18,289 bases of DNA from Promethearchaeota archaeon (GCA_016839745.1 JAEOTS010000119.1:1-18289); one strand, 5' to 3'; counted from the stretch's first letter, positions 1 through 8,325 are shown. Program-made: numbers and translations. Notes: generated by a model from the letters alone, not told the origin.

Positions 1-17
1 GTAGAGTGTGAAATAGT

Positions 18-458
18 ATGAGTTCAAGTAAAGTAAAACAATCTAGTACAATTTTAAACATTCTAATTATAGCTGTGGGAGCAATTTTTCTATTTAGAGC
101 GATAATCGACATATTAACATCATTTGGAGTAATTTTACCTGAAGTTTTGGGAGACTGGGTCACTGCAGTTGAGGGTGTTGCTGCCCTTGGAAGTCAAGGA
201 ATAGTTTCCCTCGTTTTAGCGTTCTGGTGCATTATATCTGGAATAGCTATGTTTAAAGAGGCAGAATGGGCTATGGGCCAAGCATTAGTAGTTCTCAGTA
301 TAACAATCGCTACAGGGGTTGAACCAATTATAGGTCTAATACTGGATCCAGCTTCTTTTTCTTGGGGTGACATATCAGGCATTATAAATCTCGTTGCTTT
401 TATAGTAGGAGTAGTTGGATTTATCTGGTTACTAATTACGCGTAGAAGATATGATTAA
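18..458 (+). CDS. Hypothetical integral membrane protein (about 4 TM helices)
   Basis: 146-aa ORF with four hydrophobic segments (ILNILIIAVGAIFLF..., IVSLVLAFWCIISGIAMF, ALVVLSITIATGV, IINLVAFIVGVVGFIWLLI) and a basic tail (TRRR). Followed by a T13 tract. Confidence 0.8.
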   Translation: MSSSKVKQSSTILNILIIAVGAIFLFRAIIDILTSFGVILPEVLGDWVTAVEGVAALGSQGIVSLVLAFWCIISGIAMFKEAEWAMGQALVVLSITIATGVEPIIGLILDPASFSWGDISGIINLVAFIVGVVGFIWLLITRRRYD

Positions 459-487
459 TTTTTATACAAATGATTAGAGTTTGAATC

Positions 488-500
488 TTTTTTTTTTTTT
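488..500 (+). terminator. Oligo-T tract (T13), probable archaeal intrinsic terminator
   Basis: 13 consecutive T about 30 nt after the stop codon at 458. Confidence 0.5.
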
Positions 501-630
501 ATTATTTAAGAAATGTGGCAGTGTGAAAGAGCTTGTTAGTATTCAACAATTTCGTCCAAATGTTTAAATTGGATATTGGTTTATTAACAAATAACTTTTC
601 GGTCTATAATCCATAATATAATAAAAGAAG

Positions 631-3600
631 GTGGTTTCCATTCAAACCGAATTACACGAGAAAAATATTAAAGAAAATTTCGAATATCCCCAACATTTAT
701 ACCCTAAAAGAAAAGGGTTAGCAAAAGCCTTTCATATGGCTCAAAGTTTCGGACATAGTAGAGATGTAACTTCAGTAACTTTATCTCATAAAGGAGATTA
801 TATAGTTAGTGGCTCAAAGGATAAAACCCTTAAAATATGGGATTTTCCAAACGGAAATCTGTTAAGAACAATAGAAGCACACGATCATTCAATATTAGCG
901 GTGGCAGTATCGATAGATGATAGCTATATTTATAGTTCTTCTTCGGATAATTTGATAAAAGTATGGGGATTAAAAAGAGGGCATTTCATCAGTGAATTAA
1001 GAGAACATACGGATTCAGTTACATCATTAGGTATAACTACCGATGGGAAAAACCTCATTAGTGGTTCTAAAGATAAAACTGTGATTGTTTGGAATATATT
1101 AAATGCAAAATCAATTCATAAGTTTGAACATAAAAGTGCAGTATTCTCAATTGCTATTTCCAAAAATAATGAATTCTTGGTTTGTGGAACAGAAGAAGGT
1201 ATTATTAGAGTATGGAATTTAAAGAAGGCTAAGTTTGTTCGTACTATTAAAGGACATACTGAAGCTGTAACTTCACTTACAATTTCACCTGATGGAGAAT
1301 ACATAATTAGTGGATCAGAAGATAATACGGTAAGAATATGGGATCTTTCAAAGGGAAGACCGATTTATATCCTTAAAGGTCATTTAGGAGTAGTTCGATC
1401 TGTAGCAATCTCTCTCGATGGAAAATTGATTGTGAGCGGTTCTGATGATAAAACTATAAATATTTGGGATTTTTCTACGGGTGAAATTATAAGAACGCTC
1501 AAGGAGTATACGGGTAAGGTATTATCAATTAAATTTTCTCCTGACGGGAAATATATTATAACAGGATCCGCAGATAATAATATCATGGTATGGGAGTTAA
1601 TGAAAGGTAAACTCGAAACGACTATAAATGCTCATAGTAAAGGAATCAATTTTGTATCAATTTCTCCTAATGGAAGCTATATAGCAACTGGTTCAGATGA
1701 TAATACTATTAAAATTTGGGATTTTAAAAGTTTAAAACTCATAAGAACCTTAAAAGAGCACAATAAATCGGTTAATTCAATTGAATTTTCTCCTGATGGA
1801 AATTACTTTATAAGTACTTCAGGTGATAAGAAAGCTATAATTTGGAATATTAAGAACCTAACGCCATATCATATTTTAACAGATCTCGGCAGCGTTCCAA
1901 ACTCAGCATCGTTTACTCCCGATAATAGACATATAATCATGGGTTTAAACAATAATTATCTCAAAATTTGGGACCTCCAAAATAAGAATTTTGTATGGGA
2001 AGAAAAAGTTCATAAAGGACCAGTAACTTCAATAAAGTTCACTCCGAATAAAAAATATTTTGTAACTGGATCAGAAGACAAACACATAATGATATGGGAT
2101 TACTCTTCGAAAGAAGTAATTAAAGATCTTAGTGGACATAAGGGAAAGATAACATCAATTGGGATTTCTCCGAATGGAGCAAATATTTGTAGTAGTTCTG
2201 ATGATAAATCCATAAAAATATGGGATTTTTATACCGGTGACTTAGTATCTGTTATTGAGAATCATGCTGATATAGTTTCAAGTGTAAGCTATTCCCCAAT
2301 CGGTAATTGTTTTATTAGCACATCCAAAGATAAATCGGTGAAAGTTTGGGATAATAGATATGAACTTATCCAATCATTTGAAGATCATGGAGATGATGTA
2401 TCTTCATTGGCAATCACACCAGACGGAAAATTTGCTATAACAGGTTCCCGTGATGGTTACTTAAAAATCTGGGCTCTCACATTTGGGGGTATATTTAAAA
2501 ATATTAAGGGTCATTCTGAAAACGTGAATTCAGTTGCTGTTTCACCTAGCGGAAAATTAGCTGTAAGTGGATTGTCGAATAAATCTTTAATTGTGTGGGA
2601 TTTGTCAAGTGGAAAATTGATTAAGACTCTTAAGGGTCATACAGATGTTATTAGTTCAGTAGCTTTTTCTCCTGGTGGAAAGTTTGTGGCTAGTGCCTCT
2701 TATGATAACACTTTGAAAGTATGGGAAATCAACAGTGGTGATATTCTATGGACATTACGTGGTCATGATGAGGCTGTTTCTTCCGTAGCTGCATCTTATG
2801 ATAAAAAATATATTGTAAGTGGTTCAAGAGACAAGACAATAATAATCTGGGAGTCACGTACGGGTAAACTTCATAAAAGACTGAAAGGAGCTAAAAGTCC
2901 AATAACATCGATCGATATTTCCTCGAACGGAGAACATATTGTAAGTGGTTTGGAAGATAATTCCATTAATATCTGGAATGTGAAAAAAGGAAAACTTATT
3001 CATACACTTGAGGGTCATAAAGAGGCTGTAAATTCAGTTGCCTTTTCACCTGATGGAGAATATATTGCGAGTGGTTCTAAAGATCAGACGGTTAAAATTT
3101 GGAAAGTTAGTACTGGTGAACTAGATTATACATTTGAAAAGATTAATAGCCCTGTTACATCGGTATCGTTTTCTTCTGATGGCTTATATATTGCTTGTGG
3201 TACTGAAGATAACTTTATCCGAATTTGGGATTTCATTGAAAAGTATCAGACTTCCTATTATTACTTATCAAAAGTTAATTCCGCAAAATTTATACCTAAT
3301 ACGAACCAAATTATTGCAGGTTATGACTCAGGTGATGTTTTAATCTGGGATTTGTTAATGGAAGAGCAAGAAGAGCTTCTAAAAGAACTTCGAAGCAAAT
3401 TAAAAAATGTAGAAGAGTTAATCGTTAAAAAAGATTATTCAGAGGCCCTTGAACAATTGAATTTTGTTTTGGAAACTGCAGATGTATTTAATTTTGAAGA
3501 TATTAAAGCAATCGCTTTCGAGAAACTGAAAAATTTAAGAGATCCAAAAGAGACATTAAAAATTATCAAAAAAATATTAGAGTTTGAGTTCGAAAATCAG

Positions 3601-4317
3601 AGAAATATCACTAAAGCTGAAATGGTTAACCAGCTCAAGATAGAGATCTCAGAAACAGAATATTATGAAAACTTATTAGCAAATCCAGTAGATTATGAAG
3701 CTTCGGAAACTGCGCATTTAGAAAATTTAGGAACGAAAATATTACAAGAATTACTTAATCCAACATTGTATGCTTTAATAATACAAAAAGAATACGATTT
3801 TACCACAGCAAAAAAAATTGGTAAATTCCTACAAGATCAAGGTTTTATTAAAGAATTTAGAAATTTTCCTCTTGATGAAGAAAAGTTTAAGACTCCAAGT
3901 GAGAAATTAGAAGATCTGGTAGTTTTTGTAAGCTATGCCACTACTGACGCAGAAACATTTGATATTAAAGAATTATCAAAGAGATTAAAATCATATGACG
4001 AAATTAAAGAAGTCTTATATTGGCAAGAGCACATGACAGATAATATTACGTTATTTATGAGTAATAACGTTGGTAAATGCGATGTTATGCTACTATTTTG
4101 TTCTGAAAGTGCTTTAGGTTCTGATGCTGTCGACAAGGAATGGACGGCCGCAGATATGATGGGTAAACCCATAATTCCTGTCTTTTTAAGCTCTGATCAT
4201 ATTCCTCCACTTCTAAGATCAAGATTAGGTTTTGAATTTGATTTAATGGATTTCGAAAAAAATGTAATGCAACTTCATAATTTGATATTGAAAAAATGTG
4301 GATCTCGTGTTAATTAG
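631..4317 (+). CDS. WD40-repeat protein (21 repeats) with helical linker and C-terminal TIR domain
   Basis: 21 GH...WD-type repeats at nt 751-3351. Helical linker at about 3352-3918. TIR_2-like domain at 3919-4314 (VFVSYA...CDVMLLFCSESALGSDAVDKEW...KPIIPVF), with Glu1170 at the canonical TIR catalytic position. The start may be GTG 631 or ATG 736. Confidence 0.92.
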   Translation: MVSIQTELHEKNIKENFEYPQHLYPKRKGLAKAFHMAQSFGHSRDVTSVTLSHKGDYIVSGSKDKTLKIWDFPNGNLLRTIEAHDHSILAVAVSIDDSYIYSSSSDNLIKVWGLKRGHFISELREHTDSVTSLGITTDGKNLISGSKDKTVIVWNILNAKSIHKFEHKSAVFSIAISKNNEFLVCGTEEGIIRVWNLKKAKFVRTIKGHTEAVTSLTISPDGEYIISGSEDNTVRIWDLSKGRPIYILKGHLGVVRSVAISLDGKLIVSGSDDKTINIWDFSTGEIIRTLKEYTGKVLSIKFSPDGKYIITGSADNNIMVWELMKGKLETTINAHSKGINFVSISPNGSYIATGSDDNTIKIWDFKSLKLIRTLKEHNKSVNSIEFSPDGNYFISTSGDKKAIIWNIKNLTPYHILTDLGSVPNSASFTPDNRHIIMGLNNNYLKIWDLQNKNFVWEEKVHKGPVTSIKFTPNKKYFVTGSEDKHIMIWDYSSKEVIKDLSGHKGKITSIGISPNGANICSSSDDKSIKIWDFYTGDLVSVIENHADIVSSVSYSPIGNCFISTSKDKSVKVWDNRYELIQSFEDHGDDVSSLAITPDGKFAITGSRDGYLKIWALTFGGIFKNIKGHSENVNSVAVSPSGKLAVSGLSNKSLIVWDLSSGKLIKTLKGHTDVISSVAFSPGGKFVASASYDNTLKVWEINSGDILWTLRGHDEAVSSVAASYDKKYIVSGSRDKTIIIWESRTGKLHKRLKGAKSPITSIDISSNGEHIVSGLEDNSINIWNVKKGKLIHTLEGHKEAVNSVAFSPDGEYIASGSKDQTVKIWKVSTGELDYTFEKINSPVTSVSFSSDGLYIACGTEDNFIRIWDFIEKYQTSYYYLSKVNSAKFIPNTNQIIAGYDSGDVLIWDLLMEEQEELLKELRSKLKNVEELIVKKDYSEALEQLNFVLETADVFNFEDIKAIAFEKLKNLRDPKETLKIIKKILEFEFENQRNITKAEMVNQLKIEISETEYYENLLANPVDYEASETAHLENLGTKILQELLNPTLYALIIQKEYDFTTAKKIGKFLQDQGFIKEFRNFPLDEEKFKTPSEKLEDLVVFVSYATTDAETFDIKELSKRLKSYDEIKEVLYWQEHMTDNITLFMSNNVGKCDVMLLFCSESALGSDAVDKEWTAADMMGKPIIPVFLSSDHIPPLLRSRLGFEFDLMDFEKNVMQLHNLILKKCGSRVN
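751..3351 (+). repeat. Protein-level WD40 tandem array, 21 units of about 42 aa
   Basis: Recurring xH..V.S...SPDG..I.SGS.D.T..IWD consensus, counted by hand in the translation. The units are diverged at the DNA level. Confidence 0.9.
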
Positions 4318-4378
4318 CGCGGCAAGTAATTCTATTTATTTAGAAGAAAGAAATTGAATCAAGAGTAATAAAAATTTC

Positions 4379-4387
4379 TTTTTTTTT
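4379..4387 (+). terminator. Oligo-T tract (T9), possible terminator after the WD40-TIR gene
   Basis: TTTC followed by T9 about 60 nt after the stop, then a short inverted repeat AATGC-TTCA-GCATT at 4393-4406. Confidence 0.4.
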
Positions 4388-4514
4388 AATCTAATGCTTC
4401 AGCATTTAGAACATCAAAAAAATTGACTGAAAAAATAAAATGTTTTTTAATAAAGAAGTTTTAATATTTACTTAACATATCTGTACATTTCAAATTAAAA
4501 GAGCGGATTCAAAA

Positions 4515-6245
4515 ATGGAAGAAAATTTACGATTTGTATACGAGAAAGAGTATTGGTACATTAGCGCATTTATAAATACAAACGAATTTATTGGCGAATC
4601 AAAAGCAGAAGAAATCGAAGCGTTATTATTAGATAGGTTAAAAAATCTTACTGAAAGCGATTTAAAAAAAGCGTATAAATTTTTAGAAAAATACCCTAAT
4701 TCTGAAGGAAAGAAAAGGTCATTGGTCAATATGGCTAAATCTATTAATATTGAGTGTGATTGGGAGCCATTTTTCCAAAATTTTCCTTATACCGACGAGA
4801 ATAACCCTTTCACTGAAGATAATAAGGATTTAAATTATAACACATTAGGTTACTTTAAATTGGAAGTAGAATACTACAGAAACGATCCTTTCCAAAAGGA
4901 GAAAATAACTCCAGATATACTACAACAAATACCTTTTATTTCTAAGGATATCCTTAAGGAATTTAGTAAAATTAAGGAAAATCAATATCTACTGCTTGAT
5001 CTTGAAAGTCCGATTTATGTATTTGTGATGTCTAAGAAGGTTAAACCAATGGAAGTTCGTTGGACGGAAGAAAACATTAAACGAAATAAAAAAAGCATTG
5101 GATTGTGGACGCAAGTTTACTCAGGTCAGTGGGAAGACTATTCAGACGAACTTTATGAAAGAAGGATTAAAAAAAACCTCACTAATCGTTTGTCAGAATT
5201 AATGTACATTAAGAGAAATTCTGGATTTATTTACATGGTTCCAAAGAATTTTGAAACTGAATTCGAATACATTAATCAGATAATCTTAGATCCAACACCT
5301 AAAATAAGAGCAGTTCTTTTTGCTCTTATGTCAATTGAAAACTCTCTTGACATCCTGTTTATGAAAAGATATTCCGATGTTTTTATGAGTTTGGAACAAA
5401 TTGAAGAAAAAACAAAGAATCTTAGATTTTTGAGAGGAATGATTCATACTAAAATGAGTCTGATCTATAGTGAATTAGATTGGAATCCAAGAGAACTTTA
5501 TGGTAGGGTTTTGACTCACTTATTGAAGATATTTCGAATAGAGGTTATAATTGAAAGAGTCAACGGTAAATTTAAAACACTTTATGACACTTTACAAGAA
5601 TTATACACAAAAAGGCATGAAGAAAATCAAAAAAATACTAAGAAAGCAGTTAATTTCTTAAGCGTCTTATTCGGCGCCGGATTTATAATAGAATTTATTA
5701 ATGCTCTTAGAATAGCTGCCGGACTGGGAGATCTACATGAGTTTTCAAAGGTTTTACATCTAGTAGTTACAACATTTTTAGGTGCAGCGTTTGTTTTATT
5801 ATTCGGATACTTTATATATGGTAAGGTTAAATCTAAACGTTTAACATATGGTCATACAGTGGATGCAGTTATTCAAGACGATGATGGAAATATAATTTTA
5901 ATTAAAAGGAGATATGCTCCTTTTAAAGATAAATACGCCCTTCCTGGAGGTTTTATTAAATATAATGAAGACCCAGAACAAGCAGTAATACGAGAAGTTC
6001 GTGAAGAAACGAATCTTGCTGTTAAAATAATAAGCAAAATTGGAACATACGATCAAAAAGGAAGGGATCCTCGAGGTAAGATTGTTTCTACGGCCTTTAG
6101 ATGTCGACCTGCTAAAAGTATTTCAATGATACAAGAGGGAGATGATGCTTCAAGAGTAATAATCATTCCTATTGATCAACTCTATACTCTTGAATTTGCT
6201 TTTGATCACAACCGAATTTTAAAAGACGCAGGAGTTTTAAAATAA
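4515..6245 (+). CDS. Membrane protein: soluble N-domain, CorA/RMD1-like stalk and 2 TM helices, C-terminal ADP-ribose-pyrophosphatase-type NUDIX domain
   Basis: Nudix box G-FIKYN-E-DPEQAVI-REVREETNL at 5949-6017. The flanking motifs TVD, ALPGGF, RDPRG, GDDA and AFDH are typical of MJ1149/NrtR-type ADP-ribose NUDIX domains. Two hydrophobic helices at about 5646-5708 and 5751-5819 follow a long amphipathic helix. The CorA-like assignment is by pattern only; there is no GMN motif. Confidence 0.85.
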   Translation: MEENLRFVYEKEYWYISAFINTNEFIGESKAEEIEALLLDRLKNLTESDLKKAYKFLEKYPNSEGKKRSLVNMAKSINIECDWEPFFQNFPYTDENNPFTEDNKDLNYNTLGYFKLEVEYYRNDPFQKEKITPDILQQIPFISKDILKEFSKIKENQYLLLDLESPIYVFVMSKKVKPMEVRWTEENIKRNKKSIGLWTQVYSGQWEDYSDELYERRIKKNLTNRLSELMYIKRNSGFIYMVPKNFETEFEYINQIILDPTPKIRAVLFALMSIENSLDILFMKRYSDVFMSLEQIEEKTKNLRFLRGMIHTKMSLIYSELDWNPRELYGRVLTHLLKIFRIEVIIERVNGKFKTLYDTLQELYTKRHEENQKNTKKAVNFLSVLFGAGFIIEFINALRIAAGLGDLHEFSKVLHLVVTTFLGAAFVLLFGYFIYGKVKSKRLTYGHTVDAVIQDDDGNIILIKRRYAPFKDKYALPGGFIKYNEDPEQAVIREVREETNLAVKIISKIGTYDQKGRDPRGKIVSTAFRCRPAKSISMIQEGDDASRVIIIPIDQLYTLEFAFDHNRILKDAGVLK

Positions 6246-6249
6246 AAAA

Positions 6250-6265
6250 TTTTTTTCTTTTTTTT
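6250..6265 (+). terminator. T7-C-T8 tract, probable terminator
   Basis: Lies directly after the stop at 6245, between convergent genes. Confidence 0.5.
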
Positions 6266-6300
6266 ATCAATATACAATTGAATTTATTGAAGTTAATATG

Positions 6301-6741
6301 CTAAGCTTCATATTTGATGGGTTCAATTGCTCCTTCGGGACAAGATAATTCGCATTTTAAACATCCCTGGCATTTAGAGATTTCACTGTATTTATACCTA
6401 ATCCCGAGTTCATTTCCTCTTACCCATGTTATATCATCTTTATAAAAAAGATTTTGAGGACAGAATTTTCCATCTTTATCTAAACATTTCTCACACATAG
6501 TACATTTTTCGTGGTCTATCTTTATGCTAACTATTTGTTCAGGATAAGTAATTGAAGTTACCTCTATAGCGTTTCTTGGACACACGGTAACACAACTAAG
6601 ACAAGCTTTACATATCGCATAATCTACTTTACGAATTCCATGTTCAAAATAGATAGCATTTGCTTTACAAGCGCGTAAGCACCGTTCACACCTTAAACAT
6701 TGCTCCTGATCTATCTGGACTGGAATAAATATTTCCTTGAT
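6301..6741 (-). CDS. Polyferredoxin with four [4Fe-4S] motifs; probable non-canonical ATC start
   Basis: The frame of track ORF 6301..6585 stays open to 6747 (upstream TAA at 6748-6750). The extension reads IKEIFIPVQIDQEQCLRCERCLRACKANAIYFEHGIRKVDYAICKACLSCVTVCP. Four motifs: CLRCERCLRAC, CKACLSCVTVCP, CTMCEKC..FCP and CQGCLKCELSCP. The start position is inferred from GAGGT 8 nt upstream of ATC. Confidence 0.85.
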   Translation of the reverse strand: MKEIFIPVQIDQEQCLRCERCLRACKANAIYFEHGIRKVDYAICKACLSCVTVCPRNAIEVTSITYPEQIVSIKIDHEKCTMCEKCLDKDGKFCPQNLFYKDDITWVRGNELGIRYKYSEISKCQGCLKCELSCPEGAIEPIKYEA

Positions 6742-6856
6742 ATAACCTTACCTCTTATTACAATTTATCCAATTAGGAAAATTGTCCAATAATTTTAAAA
6801 TTAGTTTTTATAAAAAATTACGTGTGTAGGTTAACTATATAAATTATAAAAATAGT

Positions 6857-6865
6857 AAAAAAAAA
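6857..6865 (-). terminator. T9 tract on the minus strand directly after the PAC2 stop
   Basis: A9 on the + strand adjacent to the TAA at 6866-6868. Confidence 0.45.
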
Positions 6866-7666
6866 TTATTGAAAATATTGCGTGTATCCTTCTTTAGGAC
6901 GATCCGGTAACTGCTGCTGATTCTGGTACTGCTGTGCTTTTTCTGCTAACTCAAGCATTTTTGCTTTAATTTCCTTCCCTTCCTCTATTAATTTAGATGT
7001 TTCGATGTTTAAGTTATAGATGTTATTTAATACTTCGATTATTGCTGCTGCTCCCTCTGGTGTTGGAATTTCTAACACGGGAGTAAACAGAGCATACGCT
7101 TTTAATTTATTCGATAGGGCTTCGTTTAAAACTGTCGCTTCAGCACCTACGATAATACCTTTTTCGACCTTCTTAATTTCGAATTTTTCTAAAGAGCCAA
7201 CCATATCAGCTTCAGCGGCGTAGTAAACGGGATAATCGTCAATTATTCCTCTCTGGGGGATGCCTTGAAAGATTACAACCTCTTTTGCTTTAACGTCCTC
7301 AGATAAAAGCCAATTGTTAATAGTTTTGGATAAATCATTATAAGCAGTTGCTACTTGAAAGGGTACCTCTGAAATACCAACAATGAGGTTATGCATAGGA
7401 GAATAATAAATTCTAAATGGGTGTTTCAATACCCCTTCATAAAAGACGGATATTGGAGGTAAGTAATCACTTGTAACAAATCCGATCTCAGTAATGTCCG
7501 GGATTTGTTCGATTAAAGTATTTGATACGATTGGACCAATTAATCCTACCCCAGCAAACCCTAAAATCATAGTTGCTCCTTCTTTTATCTCAGTTTTCAA
7601 GTCCTCAATTATAATCGATGATTTTTTACCTTTGTCGCAAATATATTCCTTTTTAACCATATCCAT
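6866..7666 (-). CDS. PAC2-family proteasome assembly chaperone (PbaA/PbaB-like)
   Basis: ILGFAGVGLIGPIV motif, LPP...PFRIY, P.PEGAAAIIEVL..IYNL.I.T..LIEE, a C-terminal helix and an aromatic tail (QYFQ). The true start may be ATG 7660. Confidence 0.88.
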   Translation of the reverse strand: MDMVKKEYICDKGKKSSIIIEDLKTEIKEGATMILGFAGVGLIGPIVSNTLIEQIPDITEIGFVTSDYLPPISVFYEGVLKHPFRIYYSPMHNLIVGISEVPFQVATAYNDLSKTINNWLLSEDVKAKEVVIFQGIPQRGIIDDYPVYYAAEADMVGSLEKFEIKKVEKGIIVGAEATVLNEALSNKLKAYALFTPVLEIPTPEGAAAIIEVLNNIYNLNIETSKLIEEGKEIKAKMLELAEKAQQYQNQQQLPDRPKEGYTQYFQ

Positions 7667-7860
7667 TTCCTTTAAAAATTAAATTTCTATGTAATTGCTA
7701 TTAATATTATATTTAGGAATTATTTCAATATTAAAATTCCTCTTATGTATTTATTTATTAAATAACAAAGCAATCTTGATTCAAAACATAAGGAAAGCAC
7801 ATTAAAACTTTATTTTTTATTATCTGTAGAGATAAATATTCTATTCTAAGAATATTGATC

Positions 7861-7992
7861 ATGAATAAAACAGAAATTAAAAAAAAAAGAAGTTTTATAA
7901 AGGAATATAAATCGGATATTTTAGGTTTGACGGCTTTTTTCGTTGCTTTTTTCTTTATATTTTTGATAGGAAGTCTTGGTTTTTACTGGTAA
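7861..7992 (+). CDS. Small single-pass membrane protein (43 aa), absent from the ORF track
   Basis: ATG...TAA encodes MNKTEIKKKRSFIKEYKSDILGLTAFFVAFFFIFLIGSLGFYW: a Lys/Arg-rich N-terminus and one C-terminal hydrophobic helix of about 23 aa. Confidence 0.55.
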   Translation: MNKTEIKKKRSFIKEYKSDILGLTAFFVAFFFIFLIGSLGFYW

Positions 7993-8181
7993 TTAGTAAT
8001 AGTGACTTGGAGAACCGTAATTTACTCTGATTTTAATTTTCTTTTCCTTTATAATAATTCATTTTAGATAACCTTCAGGAGACGATTAGAAGTAATCTAT
8101 TTAGATGATTTTAAATTATAAATAATATAAAGCTGTGGTTAGTTAGTTTAAAAAATGAAAATTGTGCTATAAAAGATGGTT

Positions 8182-8325
8182 TTCAGAAAATAACTAATTA
8201 TTAATCGTTATAGATAAATCGTTATAAGCAGTTTCACCTTTTTTTATCTCAGTTTTCGAGTCCTCAATTATTATTGATGATTTTTTACTCTTCTGACAAA
8301 TGTATTCCTTTTTAACCATATTCAT
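8182..8325 (-). pseudogene. Degenerate partial copy of the PAC2 gene with an internal 225-bp deletion and a nonsense codon
   Basis: Hand alignment: 8230-8329 matches 7571-7670 at 86/100 nt, and 8182-8229 matches 7298-7345 at 38/48 nt. Translates as MNMVKKEYICQKSKKSSIIIEDSKTEIKKGET|AYNDLSITINN*LFSE. TGG has become TAG at 8194-8196. Confidence 0.9.

Noticed and set aside
751-3351. Hypervariable, near-identical WD40 DNA repeats (HET-E-like shuffling) or a DGR target
   Set aside because: The repeats are strongly diverged at the DNA level, with only short codon-constrained matches. No reverse transcriptase or template repeat was seen.
194-4729. Short track ORFs 194..382, 1116..1304, 1380..1586, 3134..3343, 3933..4172 and 4490..4729
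   Set aside because: Antisense or alternate-frame shadows of long, well-supported genes, with no motifs of their own.
4515-5819. Calling the NUDIX fusion a CorA Mg2+ transporter or an NrtR regulator
   Set aside because: It has no GMN signature and no C-terminal wHTH. Only the topology and the NUDIX subfamily motifs are shared.
6301-6585. Track start at GTG 6585 for the ferredoxin
   Set aside because: It falls inside a CxxCxxCxxxCP motif, and the frame is clearly coding further upstream.
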